A stretch of DNA of 64,000 nt from Phoronis australis (lineage: Eukaryota > Animalia > Phoronida), in contig NMRA01000066.1 in the NCBI GenBank assembly GCA_002633005.1, positions 717,873-781,872 of the forward strand, in the 5' to 3' direction. Below the pieces are notes generated by a model, which worked only from the letters and a program-made list of their open reading frames with translations, ran no database searches and had not been told where the DNA came from. Positions 13,972 through 26,460 of the stretch are shown in pieces. Every line of letters starts with the position of its first letter. Within the stretch, counting starts at the first letter, position 1. The position numbers were made by a program, and so were the translations under genes.

Positions 13972-14082
13972 ATTCTCCTCGCGGTGTTGCTGCTGTACTA
14001 GTGGTGATTGTATTGAGCATGCGTCGCTGTCTGCATGTAAACAGCTGGTAAAAACACAGTCATCAAAATACGGCGTACCGCA

Positions 14083-14975
14083 AAGCCTTATTATTGCTAT
14101 TTTCCTTGGTGCAAGTCTTCGATAAGTGGTCACAAATTACCAAAAGACCAAAGGTTACTACATTCGTGGAGCATTGCGGTCAAAAGGGTCAAACAACTGA
14201 CAAAAAGTGTGTGGATGCCGATGCCCCTTTGGGAGACTACATAACGTAACTTGGTAAGTTTTTAGCAATCAATTTTCTATCGACATCGTTCGGTGATGTT
14301 ATACGCACCAGTTACCCCTCTGAATAACGGGTTTATTGAATGGAACTACAGGTAAGTGTTTCTTTTCGGAAACTCACCCAGGACGCGGATGTCGGGTAGG
14401 CTAGCAGCACATTCACATATTGTCCTCCAGGGGTGGGAATGCGCCCAATATAAGAGGTGTACATGTATGGTGCGAGACGCTCAGAAGTCAAAGGTGACTT
14501 TTTCAGAGCAGTTTCTCTTCAAAGCTATGCTATTTCCAATAAAATTCTCTAGACGAGTGAGTTTCCTTATTTTATGGCGGACTCCACCCCCAGGACTACC
14601 AGATTAGTTACTGAATTAACATGAATAAGCTATTCAGTAAACGTCATAACATTGCATTGGAATAAAAATTGACATCTAGAATGAATTTTATTTGTTGAGG
14701 TCAAATGCACATTTTAGGTGTCGTGAAAAATACACATTATTAAATCACTTGTAGCCTGTTTCACATAGTTTAATTCAGATCTTAAATAAGACTTGTGTAC
14801 AAAGATTATTATTTTCTACATATAAACGTGAAGATGAAACGTCAAGTATGTTCTGCCTTACAAAAGTAGTTTTGTCTTGTGTTTTCTTTATAATTTGTTA
14901 ATATTTCTCTGACTATTCTGTTACAGGTGAGAGAAAACGACTAAAACCAGCCGCCTGACCTTCTATTTTACCTTC
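14083..14975 (+). pseudogene. Spliced THAP relic of the middle element
   Basis: KPYYCYFPWCKSSISGHKLPKDQRLLHSWSIAVKRVKQLTKSVWMP, a gtaag donor near 14254, then acceptor ttacag|14927 giving ERKRLKPAA*PSIY, a degenerate RLKxxAVPSIF THAP motif. Confidence 0.75.
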
Positions 14976-15699
14976 GGACAAAATGAAAAGCAATCCTTCA
15001 GCATTAACCTGAGAGAATTGAACATAATTCAGAAATTTAGCCCTTGATATTCCTGATTACGGACTCCATTGCGTGGGAAAATTACAATTGTTTTTAACAA
15101 TGTTGTTTATTGATATACTTTTCTTGCATGTGGAACTTTTGTTGAGGACAAGTTAGCACAATACCTAAAATTGTTCAAAGGCCTTCTTAAGAAAGCTCTA
15201 AAATAATTACACACACAAACAAATCAAATGCAAAGAAAGGGAACACTTCATTTTGATCGCTGCATATTTCTAGAGGTCGTCAGGAAAACGACAATTCGCA
15301 AGCGTAATCGCTAATCATCAGCTTTATTAAGAATAAGCACAACTGCATTGTGTGGGGCTTTAAAACTGAGGAAATATTGTGGTTTCAATAATTAGTGACA
15401 AACTTGCCTGTTGATGAAAAATTTATTCGATCATCAAAGTGTAATATTAACGGGCTTTCTACTGACAATAATACAATCGATGCAGTCACTGAATGTCATT
15501 TCCCTATAATGTGTACCAAATTGAAAAGTTTTTACCATTAATATAAAGTCTTTCTTCTGAAAGGAAAAGTTAATGTCACTCAGTGAGAAAGAACAGGTAT
15601 TACCAGATGCTTTTGGTTTTCATTTCACAGAGATCTAGTTTCAATAGCCTATTAGCGCTTGTAAAATGGTCCAGTTTCGGCACGTGGCTTCCCTCCAGG

Positions 15700-16500
15700 T
15701 AACCTCATTCAGCCTCAATTAGATCCTTGAAGGTAAACACAACAGCATATTACTTGACTGGTTTTGTGCCCAGAATTTGACCCTGAACTAGACCAGAGTG
15801 TCACTACGTCTACTTTAGCTTCAATCCAGCATGTTTCTTCCAGGAAAGGAAGTACATGTAAGCTATTGTCCACACATGACTTATTTCCTACGAAGGGCCA
15901 TCCTCACCAACGAGGCTGACTTGTATAGCAGTCAGATATAGTTCCTCTTCATACTGTACATGCGCGCACCCAGCCTTCAATATGGGGGGGGCTCCAATTC
16001 CTGACTTTTGTGGACCTTTTGGTAACAAAAAAGCGGGTGGACTAGAAAAAAAAAACCGGGAGCACCACTGTAAATTGCGCGTTTGCGCATGTTTAATGGA
16101 CTTATGCCAAATTTTCTTGGACATTTCGTCTCTCTGAGGCGGACCTTTTGGCCCACTTCGTTCGAGCCCCCCCCCTGGGTGCGCGCATGTCATACACAAA
16201 CAACACGTTGTCTTATGGTAACTTCGTTCTGCAAGTCACATTTCACCAGGGCCACTGACATGTACATTGTGCCATGCAGCACTAATGGTGTGTCGAAATG
16301 CTGTGGGAATAGAAAGGAGTAACAAAGCTTGTTCGTTGTCTCCGATGAAGAAAGTAGGCTTGGACAACTGATCTACACTGCATGGGAAGATCTTGCTAGT
16401 TACATGTAGCTGCAGTCAACTGCTTAAAACAAATTTTTGTCCATTCAGGGTCGATGCAGAAGCGATGCATATCTCCTCTGCACGGTACAAGCCCTCAAAC
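15700..16500 (-). pseudogene. YqaJ / lambda-exonuclease-like relic
   Basis: Motifs appear in the expected order on minus: DPEWTKICFKQLTAA (W..R..RLTAS-like), FDTPLVLHGTMYMSVAL, QGQILGT, AVVFTFKD. Interrupted by stops, frameshifts and a MITE. Confidence 0.7.
15959..16189. mobile_element. CATGCGCGCACCCAG-family MITE
   Basis: 15-bp TIR catgcgcgcacccag / ctgggtgcgcgcatg. The TSD is not preserved in this copy. Confidence 0.85.
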
Positions 16501-18709
16501 CTAAAAACCAAAGGTCACGTGAAAACAGATATGATAGATTTTCATTTTAATGTGTAATAAATTTCCGGAAGACATGTGATATGGAGTAAACAAGTAGTCT
16601 AATGGATATTTACATACCCTTTGCCATGGCATTGGGCTTGGATTGTAATCTCACTAACCAATATCGAGTTAAACATTCAGCATTCATTGATGTAACTGTC
16701 ACTGATAAACCTGTTAGAAATCATTCCAAACAATATTACTGCTTTGATGTACTAAAACATCCCGAGTGCTACATCAAGTATCGTAACAAGCATCACAACA
16801 AACAAAGATTAACCCGACTGGCGACTGCCGCGAAGTCGACATCGGCGAGTATCTCAGTTAACAGGCATCAGTAAAATAAACATGGAATAATCGTTGAAAT
16901 TATCACAAACCTTACCTTTGTATAAGGTCGTGCTTACTTTCTCTCATAGAAGCACCCTTTTTACGCAATCTCAGATTCAGTTGGCACGTCTACAAGCCAT
17001 TTCACCATATATTTAAAGGGTTCGCGAAATCGAGGCTGTTATTCTATCACCACTAATACACGCGTGCCCTCTAGTTAATGTAAATTTTCCGAATAGCCCC
17101 ATTGATTAATTGGAGACGTTAGAACTATAGGTAAGGAGTTTTTCGCATGTAGTTCATGAGCTGGGCGCTTACTTAAGCGAAGTCTGAAAACGCGTGGGGG
17201 CACTTATTGGGGCATGGGCGCTTATTAGGGCGAATTGCGGCAGAAATACATACGGCAGCGTAGTTTATTGCACAAAAATTACACGTCGTGTAAACCAATC
17301 GGCCATTCCACATATGTTAATCAATCCCAATAGCCTTTACGCACCCTAATTTCCGGACATACGCAATCGTTAAATCGATTCGGTTGCAACTCCGCTATTC
17401 TCTCTGTGTTATTGCATAGATTATAGACAACAGATTCGCAACTCCGGCATTTTCTTACGTGCTAGCTGAACTCTCGTGACCTTTCTGGTACAGTTTCTGG
17501 TTAGTGTATTTTGGCAAGAAATATTTGCATCTACTTTACTGTACGAAAAAATATTAATTTCGGCGTCGAAACCCTTTTCAAAGTCTGTAGAAGTGTTGGT
17601 ATTGTGTGTACTTTTGGCAATGCTACTGGTAATTAATTACAAAATTGAAACTTCGGTGCCGACTGATTATGTCGTCTGCTTGCCCAATACCAGCATAGTT
17701 ATCGGACAGTTTTTATTTATGATTCACATAGGCCTACTGAGAAAACTACGAAAGCATGTTAACTTTATAAATCAACATTCTCCTGTGAGCAGTTCTTCTG
17801 AGAAGCTGTTGAGTGGCCCTTAAAAGGGCCTTTGGTTGTAGGTATAGCGTGAAGTGGTTCTTAAAAGAACCGTTGAATAATTCAACATAAATCACACAGT
17901 ATAGTATACCATGCTCACTCAAGTGCTGAAGGTCCTCTTCATTCAAGTTTTCATCTGGGAAGGTTGGATGAAAACGGGAGATGACAATATCGATGACAGT
18001 TGTAACACCTTAAATAGATATTACCGTTCATCAACGTTTTCACGAACCCTGCATCATTCAGTGCTTGTTCCTGTATCCACAAATAATTCTAAACTGTACG
18101 GAGAAAATGACAGACAACACAACGAATCAAATTTCGAAAATCATCGCCTTCGTACGATTCCGTGTTGCTGTCACCAGACTGATGTTCTTCTCCAACGTCC
18201 ATCGTAAAAAATCGACGTTGCAAGTGATGGAAACTTGTCTACGCTCTTGTCCTTTGTTTCTAAACCTTTAACCATTTTTAATAAAGGGGTGTGCTGTTTT
18301 TGTATAATGTTAATAGTGCATAACTTTTGGTTTTACAATATATTAATAGTGTTACATGCATACTGTACATGTATATATGAACTGGCCTCATTGAGATGCA
18401 CAGCAAATAAATTAACTATAACACATTAAAGTTTTGAAAATATAAAGGGCAGTAACAGACTCCCTAAAAATCAGGCTTGTTTTCGAAAGGTTTGCGCCAT
18501 TGGTGATCTGATTGGTTCAATCGCTTGCGGCAGGAAAAGGATAGACCCAGTTGTTTTGCGCGTGTACACTGTAGCAATGCTTTGTATCTTATTTTTATTT
18601 GTCTAATCTGTTAATACAGTAAATTTCCTTATTTATGCCCATCCTGATTTGACCCCGACTTGAGCTCCTTGGGTTCTACCATATTGGGGATGTCATAGGG
18701 ACTCACGTG

Positions 18710-18844
18710 CATGCGCGCACCCAGCCTTCAAAATGGGAATCTCGAATTCCTGACGTTATGGACCTTTTGCTAACAAAAGAGCGGGCAGACCGTTTGCCCA
18801 CTTCTCCAAATGGGGCCCCCCGAACCCCCCTGAGTGCGCGCATG
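18710..18844. mobile_element. CATGCGCGCACCCAG-family MITE, 5-bp TSD ACGTG
   Basis: acgtg|catgcgcgcac ... gtgcgcgcatg|acgtg. Confidence 0.9.
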
Positions 18845-19123
18845 ACGTGATGCTTACTCGAATGAATTACATTTTAGCGGCTATTTCCAATTGTGTAGGT
18901 GAAATAAATTAACAAAGTGAATGATTATCATCACCGGTATTTCATCATTAGTATTTTTGTCGGGTTCTCAAGTTTTCCGAGGCTAGGGATTGTCACATCT
19001 GTAAGGTAGACGTGTTTCAGTGAACTTCCATGTTTGTGGCGTTATTTATACCTGACCAAACTTTAAAAAAGAAGCCAGCGTTTAAACCAGGAGCTGCATT
19101 GGGTGCAATTTGTGTAGACGTTT

Positions 19124-19280
19124 CATGCGCGCACCCAGCTTCTAATATGGGGGCTCAGATCTCTGACAAAGAGGAACTTTTGCTAACAAAAAAGCGTGAG
19201 AACTAAAATAAAAAACGGGTACTGCCATGTGGTGGACTTTTGTCTCTTTGTCTTGGACTTTTCCCCTGGGTGCGCGCATG
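19124..19280. mobile_element. CATGCGCGCACCCAG-family MITE, 5-bp TSD CGTTT
   Basis: cgttt|catgcgcgcacccag ... ctgggtgcgcgcatg|cgttt. Confidence 0.9.
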
Positions 19281-20033
19281 CGTTTGTTTGCGTTGCTAGT
19301 TTTTATAAAGGTGGGCCTGTCTGTAGCCAACTACGGTAAATTCATAACGTGCAGTGCAACTCAAGCTTATTACAAATAAAAATTCAGAATTTCGAACCGC
19401 TTGATCTGAGTTGACATCTCACATCAAAATTATGAAAATGCCACATAAAAGTATGAAATTGAAAATTAGCACATGTCAGCTTCACGTCCCCACCACCCCC
19501 TTCATCTGGCTTGCTACCTCTTAGGGTTCATTTCCCTTGCTTCCGAGGTTTCCCGTTATTCTGGACAGTGAATGAGGTTATATAGCTTTAGCAAATTTCA
19601 CGGGGAAATAATATAATGACTTTACGGTTGCATTTGAACGGTGAAATTTTCAAGAGAACTTGAACGAGGGTCTTGGATCCATGCTTTCATCAAAAAATCA
19701 AGTAAATACATTTATGTGCTTAAAGATATTTTGAATTTGAATTATGTTAAAGGCATCTTTTCCAAACAGCATATGAAGCGATTTGATATGTGTGTGTGTG
19801 CAGTTGTTTGACAATGGCGATTTTGAAATGGAAGGTGGTGGTTTCAGTATTTTTCTCAAATGAGTTTGACTAAAATTGAATCGGCTACATGACTAAATTC
19901 GCCTTCCGTCACAAAAGTATTTTTCTCTTGTTTAGACCTCTTACGTTTTTAAATGCAATATCAATGTCAAATTGGAGTAAAGTTCGACATAACTGACAAA
20001 TCGTTATTGCTTGACTTTTCGCGAGGTTGCGTA

Positions 20034-20262
20034 AAGCCTTGGTCACAACCCGCCGTACGTGCAAGTGCGTGCTGTCTACGTGTAAAAACGTGGGGGAAAT
20101 TTGGCGATCCGTACGTGGCAAGTACGGCCTCCGTGCGTTTTGGTGAATACGCAGGAGAACGCAGACACGACGTAGCACTTTTAGTGCATGCAGAACTTTC
20201 TCTGCGTGCAAGCTGCGTTCGCATTACAGATTCACGGCAGTACGTGTGACGTACGTNGGCCC
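20034..20262. repeat. GC-richer repeat fragment with recurring gtacgtg/acgt sub-motifs, probably a truncated non-autonomous DNA transposon
   Basis: Begins agccttggtcacaacccgccgtacgtg and has many CGTACG/ACGT motifs. No matching second TIR was seen. Confidence 0.4.
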
Positions 20263-20755
20263 AGATTCAAAACTTTTAATTTTTTATGTAACAGCCATAC
20301 TGTTCAATGTGTTCGCTTCAAGCAAACAAACAGGACACCAATAAGACCAATTCCTCTGTTTACCTAGGTAAACCATAAGTTCAACTGATGTTGAGTTTAG
20401 AGGTTTTGTCCTAGTTAAATTACACTTGTCATGACCATGTTTTTATAAGTAACCAGATTGATGAGCATCAATAAATGCTGCTCGCTGTGTTAATTATTTA
20501 CCATTCTGAAACCACAGAAGTCTATTCATGGAATGCCTACTTCAATTTCATTACGCTGAAGTTGCATTGCGATTGCATTCGTTTGTTACGATGTTTGATC
20601 TTTCTATGTAATTTGTCACTACAACTTTTTGCAACTCGTTTGAATGACATGAAAGTAGTCCCCGAGTCACAAGTTTTTATAACAGAATACATAGGTCATG
20701 TGGAGGAGTTGGCATTCCAGGGCTAAGACAAGATATCTATAAATGAGTGAAACTT

Positions 20756-22620
20756 TTAAGAAAATCCTTGGAACTCAAAGTCTTCCTCATTTCCTGGTGG
20801 AGGGTAGAAAGCTCTGATGCAGGCTACTGTGCATGCTGGAATGACAACACGGACTGTTCGTCCTAAATGACCGTGTACCCATCTTTGGAACTGTCTGCAG
20901 GCCACGTGTCAAATCCTTTTATCCAAGGTTTTGTCATAGCCATCAGGATATTGGCTTTTGTACTGACTGCAACCATGCAGTTTCCAAAACACCACGATTG
21001 ATGTATACGGGTTTAAACCCCCATGCTCCACAATACATTTTTTCTTCTGTGTTAGTTGTCACGCTTCATTTTTTCATCAAGTTTTGCAACAACCTGGTCA
21101 ACCTCTTGGCCACATGCTCTTTCTTCAACAACTGACAGTTGCCCCAGGTGCACCTGCAAGATGTGTCAACAATAATACATTACTTCAGTAAACATCAAAA
21201 TTTCGAATTGAAAAATTTACCAAGAGTGCCTCTACCAAATTGAGGGGTCTGCATACGACTTCAGTTTTCAAGAAAATTGGTTGGAACATCACAACCTATT
21301 TATTTTTTGTACAAATTGATCATGTATAGTAAAGATATTTACTTTTCATACAAATGAATAGTGCTTCACCCAAGGCAGTGGGGATATAGTAATGGACATT
21401 AGGTGTTTGATTTTTAGCTGACCCAAAGACAAAAGGTAGTTGCCCTGATTCATTGATGGAGGGGACTGTTTTGTATGTAGTCGTGAGACCTGTTCTCCCA
21501 ATCTGAATCTTATCGGCACCCACATACCATTAATCAAACTAGACAATGACAATGGGGCAAACCAACTTGAAAAGCAGTGTTGCCACTCAAAGGGTCGCCC
21601 ATATTTTAAATATTACAGTGTACATAAAAACTTCTTGATATGCTATATGGCAATCACCAATCCAATGGTATGCTCTCTTTACTCTATAGAAACTTTACCA
21701 GGCGGTTCCTACCCAAGTCGACTCGTAACCAAGACATGTACCATATTTCATTTATAAATAATGGCAACATTGGGTCAATGTACATCGACATGAAATGGTT
21801 GTTTCCATTTCAAGCATCGCCTTACAAAATAAAACTGTTTTGGAACACATGTGTAGATTGATATACATGTAGGTCCGAGTTGACTTGAGTACGAAAATGA
21901 AATGACTTGTTCTATAACCAATAGAATTATGCCCTCCCCCAGCACCAAGGTGAGAAAGTCTAAATTATAAAATTGCAATTCTTTCATCCTCTTCTCTACA
22001 ATTCACAGTCGATTATTCCGAAGTGGTTCTCATTCATTCCCTTGCATACATTTATTCACTCACTAGTAACAATTTTGTTCAATGCTCAATTGCATGCCAG
22101 TGAAACCCAGGATTCGAACCTGAGTCTCACGAGCTCAAACCACTGAGCCACACTGTCTACAAATAATCAGAGACAAAAAAATCCCAGTTTTATCACTGAA
22201 ACTGGTATTTATCCACGGCTGAAACACGATTCACCAATGGGGATATGGGAGCCTTGGGCTGACTGGTAAAGCACCTACTTTTGAATTAAAAAAGACCAAG
22301 TTATAATTCGCGGTTGTAGGATACATATTGATAATATTCTTACCAATCACTAACATCTAATCGCAACTCCTGCGCACCTTCAGCGTGTTGACGTTTACAG
22401 GACGAGCCCGCTGGGAGTGAGTCTTCGGCGACCATAGAAAGGGCCGTGAAAGGGATCGAGGGAGAACGGCTCCACTACAGAAAAGCTGTGAACACATATT
22501 GTTCCTTTGGAATCTGTCACCTCTACCTCCACGTCCGAAAGGTCGGAATCATCTGAAAAGTCCACCTATCCGTCCCTGTATCGTTCAAAGTATTCCTCAT
22601 CTACGCTGCTGTACATGTAC
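20756..22620 (-). pseudogene. Two-exon P2X7 C-terminal (ballast / ZCD)-like Cys-rich protein pseudogene
   Basis: Exon 1 (about 22620-22344) is acidic and ends ...VEPFSLDP...LRLDVSD(TG)|gtaag. Exon 2 (21153-20756) starts cag|G and reads WCTWGNCQ...QEV...KCIVEHGGFKPVYINRGVLETAW...HVACRQFQRWVHGHLGRTVRVVIPACTVACIRAFYP...FQGFS*. Several stops and frameshifts. Confidence 0.85.
22095..22158 (-). mobile_element. tRNA-derived SINE head
   Basis: Minus strand has box A TGGCTCAGTGG and box B GGTTCGAATCC, but no full cloverleaf. Confidence 0.6.
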
Positions 22621-25489
22621 TCACTTGGACACACATTGCTTCCTTTGTGTTCCCCAACACCACGTCACAGATGTGTAACGACCGAAAATGGCGCCGTTTC
22701 TATTCTCCGTTACAACGATGGCGTTACGGCACTAAATATGTAAATAACTTTGTATAGCGGCGTACAATTCTGTGAATGTTAAGAATATAGCAATGATAAT
22801 TATAAACTAGAATTTAGACCATATTGTTGTTCAGATTGGTTTGGACCTTGTAATTTCCTCTTTAATAATTTAGTATGTAACCTGCTGTTGAATTGCGAGA
22901 TAGATTTCGACAGGTCCAGGTGGTTATTTCAGAAGTATGAATGTAATCTTTATTTATGTTAAAGGTTTTACTAGCGTCCTATTTATTTGTACACGATTCA
23001 GTGTGAAGTTGTTGAAATCGCTGATCCAAATCCTGGCTAAATGTGCGCATTATGCTGAAACCAACCGTCTGATCAGGGCCACCGAAGAGTAATTTGGTTA
23101 ATTCGCTCACTAGACTATGGCTGAAGGTCCTCGTAAGGACAAAAGTTCAGCAGTCACTACCTTTGGAAGAAATTTAGCGGTCATTTTACGTCAAAAAATT
23201 TACCAGATAGTTTTCATCAAAACGGAGAAAAGGAAAATGGATTTGTGAAGACAGGATTAAGCCTACCAGAGCCTCTTAAATAAACATCCATCTTCGAAGT
23301 GACGTGAACAAATGTACAAATTCTTTTTGGAGTAACAACATCCATTCACGTTCACACGAGAAGTTAACTTTTCCTCCCACAGCGGATTTTGGGGTCGCCA
23401 CACATCAGCCGACCATGATTAGCAGACGACGTACTTGCCGGAAATTGCACCAGAAAATTTAGCCAGGTGTCGCCAGTGAATAATGACGTAAGGGCTTGTG
23501 CTTAAGGTCACAGATTTCGTCCATTGAAAGTATACGGAGTTGGCGGCACATGGTAAAATGAACGTAGTGGAAGCGAAATCAACGGTGAAAGAATCAGCAG
23601 ATAGAGTGGCATACAATCAGAGAGTGTGAATGTAAAAACAGGCAGGAAGCCCAGAGATCTAACAGAACAGAACCATCCTTCGGTAAACTGCTCATTCGAC
23701 ACAGTTTTTTGTGACTAATTAATAGAGACTAAAAAACCTTTAACCGAAATGCGGGTCATTTTTTACAAGCGATAAGTCATGTTGATTACTGTCTCCTTCT
23801 AAAAATGATCTTGAATGGAACCACCCTTCAAATGCATGGACAACCGTCGGGAGAGAGAACATACCGTGCTTTCAGTGTAACGCTGTTCACAAGAATGAAT
23901 ACGAAGACATTCATCGATAAGACTTGTGAACTGACATTAACAACATGACATTTGGCCACTGGTCGCAATCTTTACCGACATGAGTTGTTCCTTATGACAA
24001 GTTTACGAGACTTTATATTCCGATAGTAAATAAGTACATTCCATCTATCACCTGGTTTGATGTTGTCTCTTGCGATCTTCTTCAGCACACATATTTTCTC
24101 AAATAATCATTTTATATGCTGTTGTTATAGTACACATTCTTAATGGTGCTGCTTCTTGGTTTAAAGTCAACATGGGAGTCAATCCTCCTGGGTATGAAAG
24201 TCCGGAGGTGGTTATCAACAAAAGAATTAGTGTAACGATTGTTAAATAGAACTTTTTATACCACATATGACAAACTATGCCAATCCTCCTTAAAACGAAT
24301 GGGAAAAGGTGAGTGGCAATTGATTAATTAAAAAATGCAATCACAAACACAGAATACGGATCACGTTCCATGTCAATACACATCGAACAAGTTGCTTTAC
24401 TTACAAACGTTTTCATCTTGACTGCACGGCAGAATGAGATAAAATAAAATACATATCCACCACAAAGACCGTATATGCAAGATTATACGAGACAGCAATG
24501 TCATGACCTTGTCATAACCTCAGTTTAGTGTTCTGCGTCGTAGCACACCTCATTTTAAAAATTCGTAAATTGTATTTTGATGCTCCTTACATGTACATAC
24601 TGGAAGGGAAAGATAATTTATTTCGAGAAAATTCACGTACTCATAATAAATGAACCAGCTTAGATTCCTTGGCTAGGATTGTGTTACCGCCTTCTGAAAA
24701 GGCTGCAGACCCTCGAGGCCAGCTAAAGTTGCTATGCGTCATTAAAACCCTGAATATTCAAATTTATAGCAAGCGTCACCTAGTGACTTCCTGGTGAACT
24801 GTGTGTGCAAGTACAATCAGGAAATAAGACAGTTTTGATGCATTTAATATATAAAATAAACGAATAATAAAAACTGTGCCTCGTTTTATTTGGGTAACGA
24901 CAATGCTGGGGGCTTGGGGGAGGGGGTTCCCAGGGATTACCGTGTCGTCCTCAGAAATTTTCACTGCCAGAGACTCAAAACGGTATGATGCTGAATGTTG
25001 TCCGACGTGACGGCAAACTGCAATTATACAACGAATGCTTTAGTTGTGGTCACCGTAAGGAGTGTTGGCCGAGTAGTTAGACTTCAATTGTCGGTGGCCT
25101 TCAACTTCTGTACACACTAAGATCTTGTAGGGACTTGACAATAGAGACATTTTAAGGGTATCTTTTTGGATGCAGAGTGCCACAGGAAAATTAGGATACC
25201 TACCCATTTACAGAGTAATTCCATGTGAAAAATCATGACGCTTTCCACAGCATTGTTCCAGAACATCACAAAAGGCAAACTTTCATAGAGTGTTTTTATT
25301 ATTTGGTTATTTCACTATCAAATGACAATTACATCATATTTGGAATTACTAGGATTGTTTTACACTTAAAGAAGTTCTTGTTTAAGTGTATCAGTTGCAG
25401 TGTTCTGTTTAAAACCGCATTTTATTACAAATTGATTCTTTCCCTGATTATATTTGTACTCACAGTTCTCCAGTAAGTCACTAGGTTCA

Positions 25490-26460
25490 AAACCAGACGA
25501 TCGCCGCACAAATAAGAAAGTTCATGTTCAACTCAATGTTTCGTCTTTTCATTAGACATCATCAGGATCATATTTACAACAATTTAGGACAACAAGTGCC
25601 TACATACAGCTCAGGTAACATCCATAGAGTGAAGTGAGAGATACAGTTAATATAGTCAGTAGCTGGTCATCACCATAGTTGCAGGGTCACTGAGCTCTGC
25701 ATGTTATTCAGAGAATCAGTGGCATGCTGGTTCTGAATGCCCAGTGACTCTTGAATGTACAGTAATTCCTTAATAGATTCTCTGCAGATAATACTAACAG
25801 AATTGGCTTGGTGATTGTAGCTAATACAACGCCTATATACATGTATGTTACTTTTCTCTGAGTTGTGATGTTCTTTCAACCTGTCACAGAGGCGTCTCAG
25901 TGTGATTCCTATATAGAATTACATTTGTCACATTCAACCTTATACATGTACACAACATTGCTCTTTTTTAATAAAGGGATGGGTGCCTTCAGTTTACACA
26001 GCATATTGGAAAGTTTCCGAAGGGGTTTGAAAACAACTATCAGTTCAACTGCTGGGTCTATGCAATGAATAAGGCGAGATAATTGACGTTTCAATTTTAT
26101 ACTACTTGGCCCGGTGTATCCAAGAGAGAAGAAAACTTTCTTTTTCTCGGGTCCAGTAACTGCTACCTCATCTGCCTCATTCATTTTTGAAAGAAAGTGC
26201 CTTTTACAGCTATTCAAAAATTCAGTTGGTAACCATTGGCACTCAATAACTGGAAAATCAATGACCCTGCAACTATGGTGATGACTAGCTACTATATTCT
26301 ACGTATCTCTCACTTCACTCTATGGATGTTACCTGAGCTGTATGTTGGCACTTGTTGTCCTAAATTCTTGTAAGTATGATCCTAATGATGTCTAATGACA
26401 AGACGAAACGTTGAATTGGATATGAACTTTTTTATTCGTGCGGCGATTGTCCGATTTTTA
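25490..26460 (-). mobile_element. Penelope-like retroelement 3' fragment (GIY-YIG endonuclease) with inverted terminal repeats
   Basis: ORFs 25909-26217 and 25670-25879 read KKSNVVYMYKVECDKCNS...KEH...LLYIQESLGI, the PLE GIY-YIG pattern. The roughly 200-bp arms at 25490-25693 and 26258-26460 are reverse complements. Confidence 0.85.
25533..25569 (-). ncRNA. Minimal hammerhead-ribozyme-like core in the PLE terminal repeat
   Basis: Minus strand reads GATC-CTGATGA-t-GTCT-aatgaaa-AGAC-GAAA-CATTG. The plus-strand copy at 26378-26415 has CTAATGA...GAAACGTT. Stem I is degenerate. Confidence 0.55.

Larger units (their letters stand above)
11900..17100 (+). mobile_element. Middle ISL2EU-like element with convergent THAP and YqaJ relics
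   Basis: TIR ggggctattcggagaatt / aattttccgaatagcccc; right flank AT, left flank AC (probably a mutated AT). Contains THAP on plus and a YqaJ-like exonuclease on minus. Confidence 0.75.
10427..17396 (+). mobile_element. Outer ISL2EU-like (PIF/Harbinger group) DNA transposon relic with nested insertions
   Basis: 14-bp TIR agcggagttgcaac / gttgcaactccgct flanked by AT on both sides, with a THAP relic just inside the left end. Confidence 0.75.

Noticed and set aside
22095-22158. tRNA gene (also 53133-53210)
   Set aside because: A and B boxes are present but there is no complete cloverleaf; treated as SINE heads.
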